Shown one piece after another: positions 61,971-64,000 of a stretch of DNA of 64,000 nt. This stretch comes from Glaucostegus cemiculus (taxonomy: Eukaryota). A model generated the notes under the pieces. That model made no database searches. It saw only the letters and a program-made list of their open reading frames with translations, and was not told the DNA's origin. The DNA lies in the NCBI GenBank assembly GCA_976551045.1, contig CDPCPM010000106.1, positions 26,288,001-26,352,000 of the forward strand, written 5' to 3'. The translations under genes were made by a program, and so were the position numbers. Every line of letters starts with the position of its first letter. Within the stretch, counting starts at the first letter, position 1.

Positions 61971-64000
61971 TATTGCTACAATTTAATTTAGAGCCACAAT
62001 GTATATTCTTTTTAATTTAGTCCAGTCTAAATTGTGGTTATTTATAATTAAAGTAGACATTATAAATTGTAATTACATTTATTTTGAGCTTATATGCAAT
62101 TGATGTTTAAGAAATGATTGCTTTTAACTGACTTCTGGGCCAATTTACTGGGTAATCAGTAAAAGATGGAAGAAGATTGCCACTGCAATCCATTACAAAT
62201 ATATTCCACTACAAATGACTAATTGCAGTAAATTGGTGAGTCCTCTTTCTCGATACAAACACATGGATGCCAATTCAAATGATGCAATAATGAGCAGAAT
62301 TACACAAACCGCAAAAAGCCAAAGCATGTTGATGACCTTGAAAAAAGATTCTTCTGTATTCAGTGTAATTACTTTGAAGTGGAAGTTTGTCTCAACTGGC
62401 AGCACTTACTCTGAAAGAGTACTGCCTGTACATGGCACTCTGCAGCAGACATTTGGTTTCCTTGAAGTCAATGGAAACAAATTCCAGCAACTCAGTACCT
62501 CAGTACAATATGCATTGTCTACTAAAATGCATATTTAACACCATCTGATTGAGTTTGGATTGTATCCTTTACTTGTAAATGGTTTAGGCAGATTTATATG
62601 TAGGCTCACTGTGCTTCATCTCACAAAGGAGAGAGGCCACAGCTTTGAATCAGCATGTGTTACTAGAGGCACAAAAAGAGCTTTAGGTTTCCATAACAAT
62701 TTGGATAGTGAGGCTCTAAATAACCAACAAAGGTTTAATCTCTTCCCAGAGAAACAATCCGGTAATATCATTTATTCCTCTGTTCAAAGACATTGCATGT
62801 ATCAAATACTTGATCAACCACACAAAAGAAGATTGAATTCTGAGCCATAAATCTGGTTGTCAAATTCAGATGGTCTTACTGGGCAATATTGTGCTATCTG
62901 TTTACACCAGACTGAGTCTAAGCTCCTAAAACAGATATATGATGGTGGTTAGCAAGAAGAGCACTACGTCAATCTAATGACAGTTGTCTTCTTTTCAAAT
63001 GACGAGATACATTTTGACTTAATTTATAGCATTCTAACATTTATTGAAATGAGAACTAGTTTATTAAATGTTTCCATTAAAATATTTTTATTTAATTTTT
63101 CTTTCATTTTCTTCAGCACAAATTCCTTCATCTTCTGAACAAATTGCTTCCACATTTAAGATTTGATGCAATAAAAACACGACATTAATTATTCTATCTC
63201 TTCTTTAAATCAGTTTATGTGACCTGACAATAGAAAGTACAATTTCTCATGTGAAACTTACTGCTTTAGCAAAAATCTATTTTTATAAAATAAGGCATTA
63301 ATCATAGTTCACCATTTCATTTTAAAGAACATAAATGACTTTTTTAACAATAAAAATTCACAGTTCATTTTCATCAGAGATTTAGCAGCTAATTTCTGTT
63401 TAAGCTATGCTTGTACCTGAACATAACCACACAAAAAACCTATAAAATCCTGCAAATCGTACTGAACATTCATTAAAGGATCTGTGGGTTTGTATATCAC
63501 TTGAAAATAACATGTAAATTGAAAATCACTTAAGGATGTTGTGTTAGAAGCTCACTCATTCAATAGATGACATTATATCACATGTTTTTACGTTTCACTG
63601 CCATCTACCTTAAATGTTCAGATGATGCACAAAAGACATGTCTTCACTCAATAAGTAAGGATCAAGAGACCACAATGATGCAAGATTATGGGAATATATG
63701 GAAAGTAATATTCATAAAAAGAACAGGGAAGATTAAGGCAAATTGAAGCTAATTACCTGGTTTTGATTGACAAGCCTAAGAGAGAACTAATCAGTGAATT
63801 TGAGACACGTTTACTGATTTTCAGTTATGCTGTAAATGTCGTGACTTTGGCAATGGCATACACTTGGCTGGTTATTTTGTGACCTGTGTGATAAACACAG
63901 AGATTTTCATTCACCACTGAAGAACGAAAATGGTGACATTTTATGATTCACTGACTGGAATTTGCTGGAAGTTCTGGGCAATTTAGTGACCAAGATTAGG

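Noticed and set aside
62193-62538. Overlapping 70-aa and 107-aa ORFs in unique sequence
   Set aside because: No recognisable domain and no convincing splice-site pair; more likely non-coding.
1-64000. CRISPR arrays, operons or other prokaryotic systems
   Set aside because: The sequence is vertebrate, TE-rich and CpG-depleted; no regularly spaced direct-repeat array or dense coding was seen.

Overview
Vertebrate genomic DNA, very probably from a cartilaginous fish (shark or ray). This is inferred from the repeat set: HE1/V-SINEs, SacSINE1-like DeuSINEs, CR1, L2, Rex/Babar and Penelope-like elements, Gypsy and Harbinger relics. The window is intergenic or deep-intronic and I recognise no intact host protein-coding gene. 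Most ORFs in the track are fragments of decayed transposons or chance ORFs. The standout is a 2.64 kb composite insertion (22920-25557) that splits the RNase H motif of a fossil Gypsy element and is bounded by a candidate 7-bp TSD. It consists of an inverted, intron-less, frameshifted 3' fragment of GTF3C2 (TFIIIC subunit 2) with its putative 3'UTR, a CpG-rich ~310-330 bp tandem repeat, a CR1 3' tail and an A-rich tail. Also notable: several fossil minimal hammerhead-ribozyme motifs in Penelope-type termini, V-SINEs carrying two different LINE tails, multiple Harbinger transposase/Myb fossils, and a strong CTCF-like motif. All identifications are by eye or from memory of family motifs; no database search was run, and repeat boundaries are approximate.
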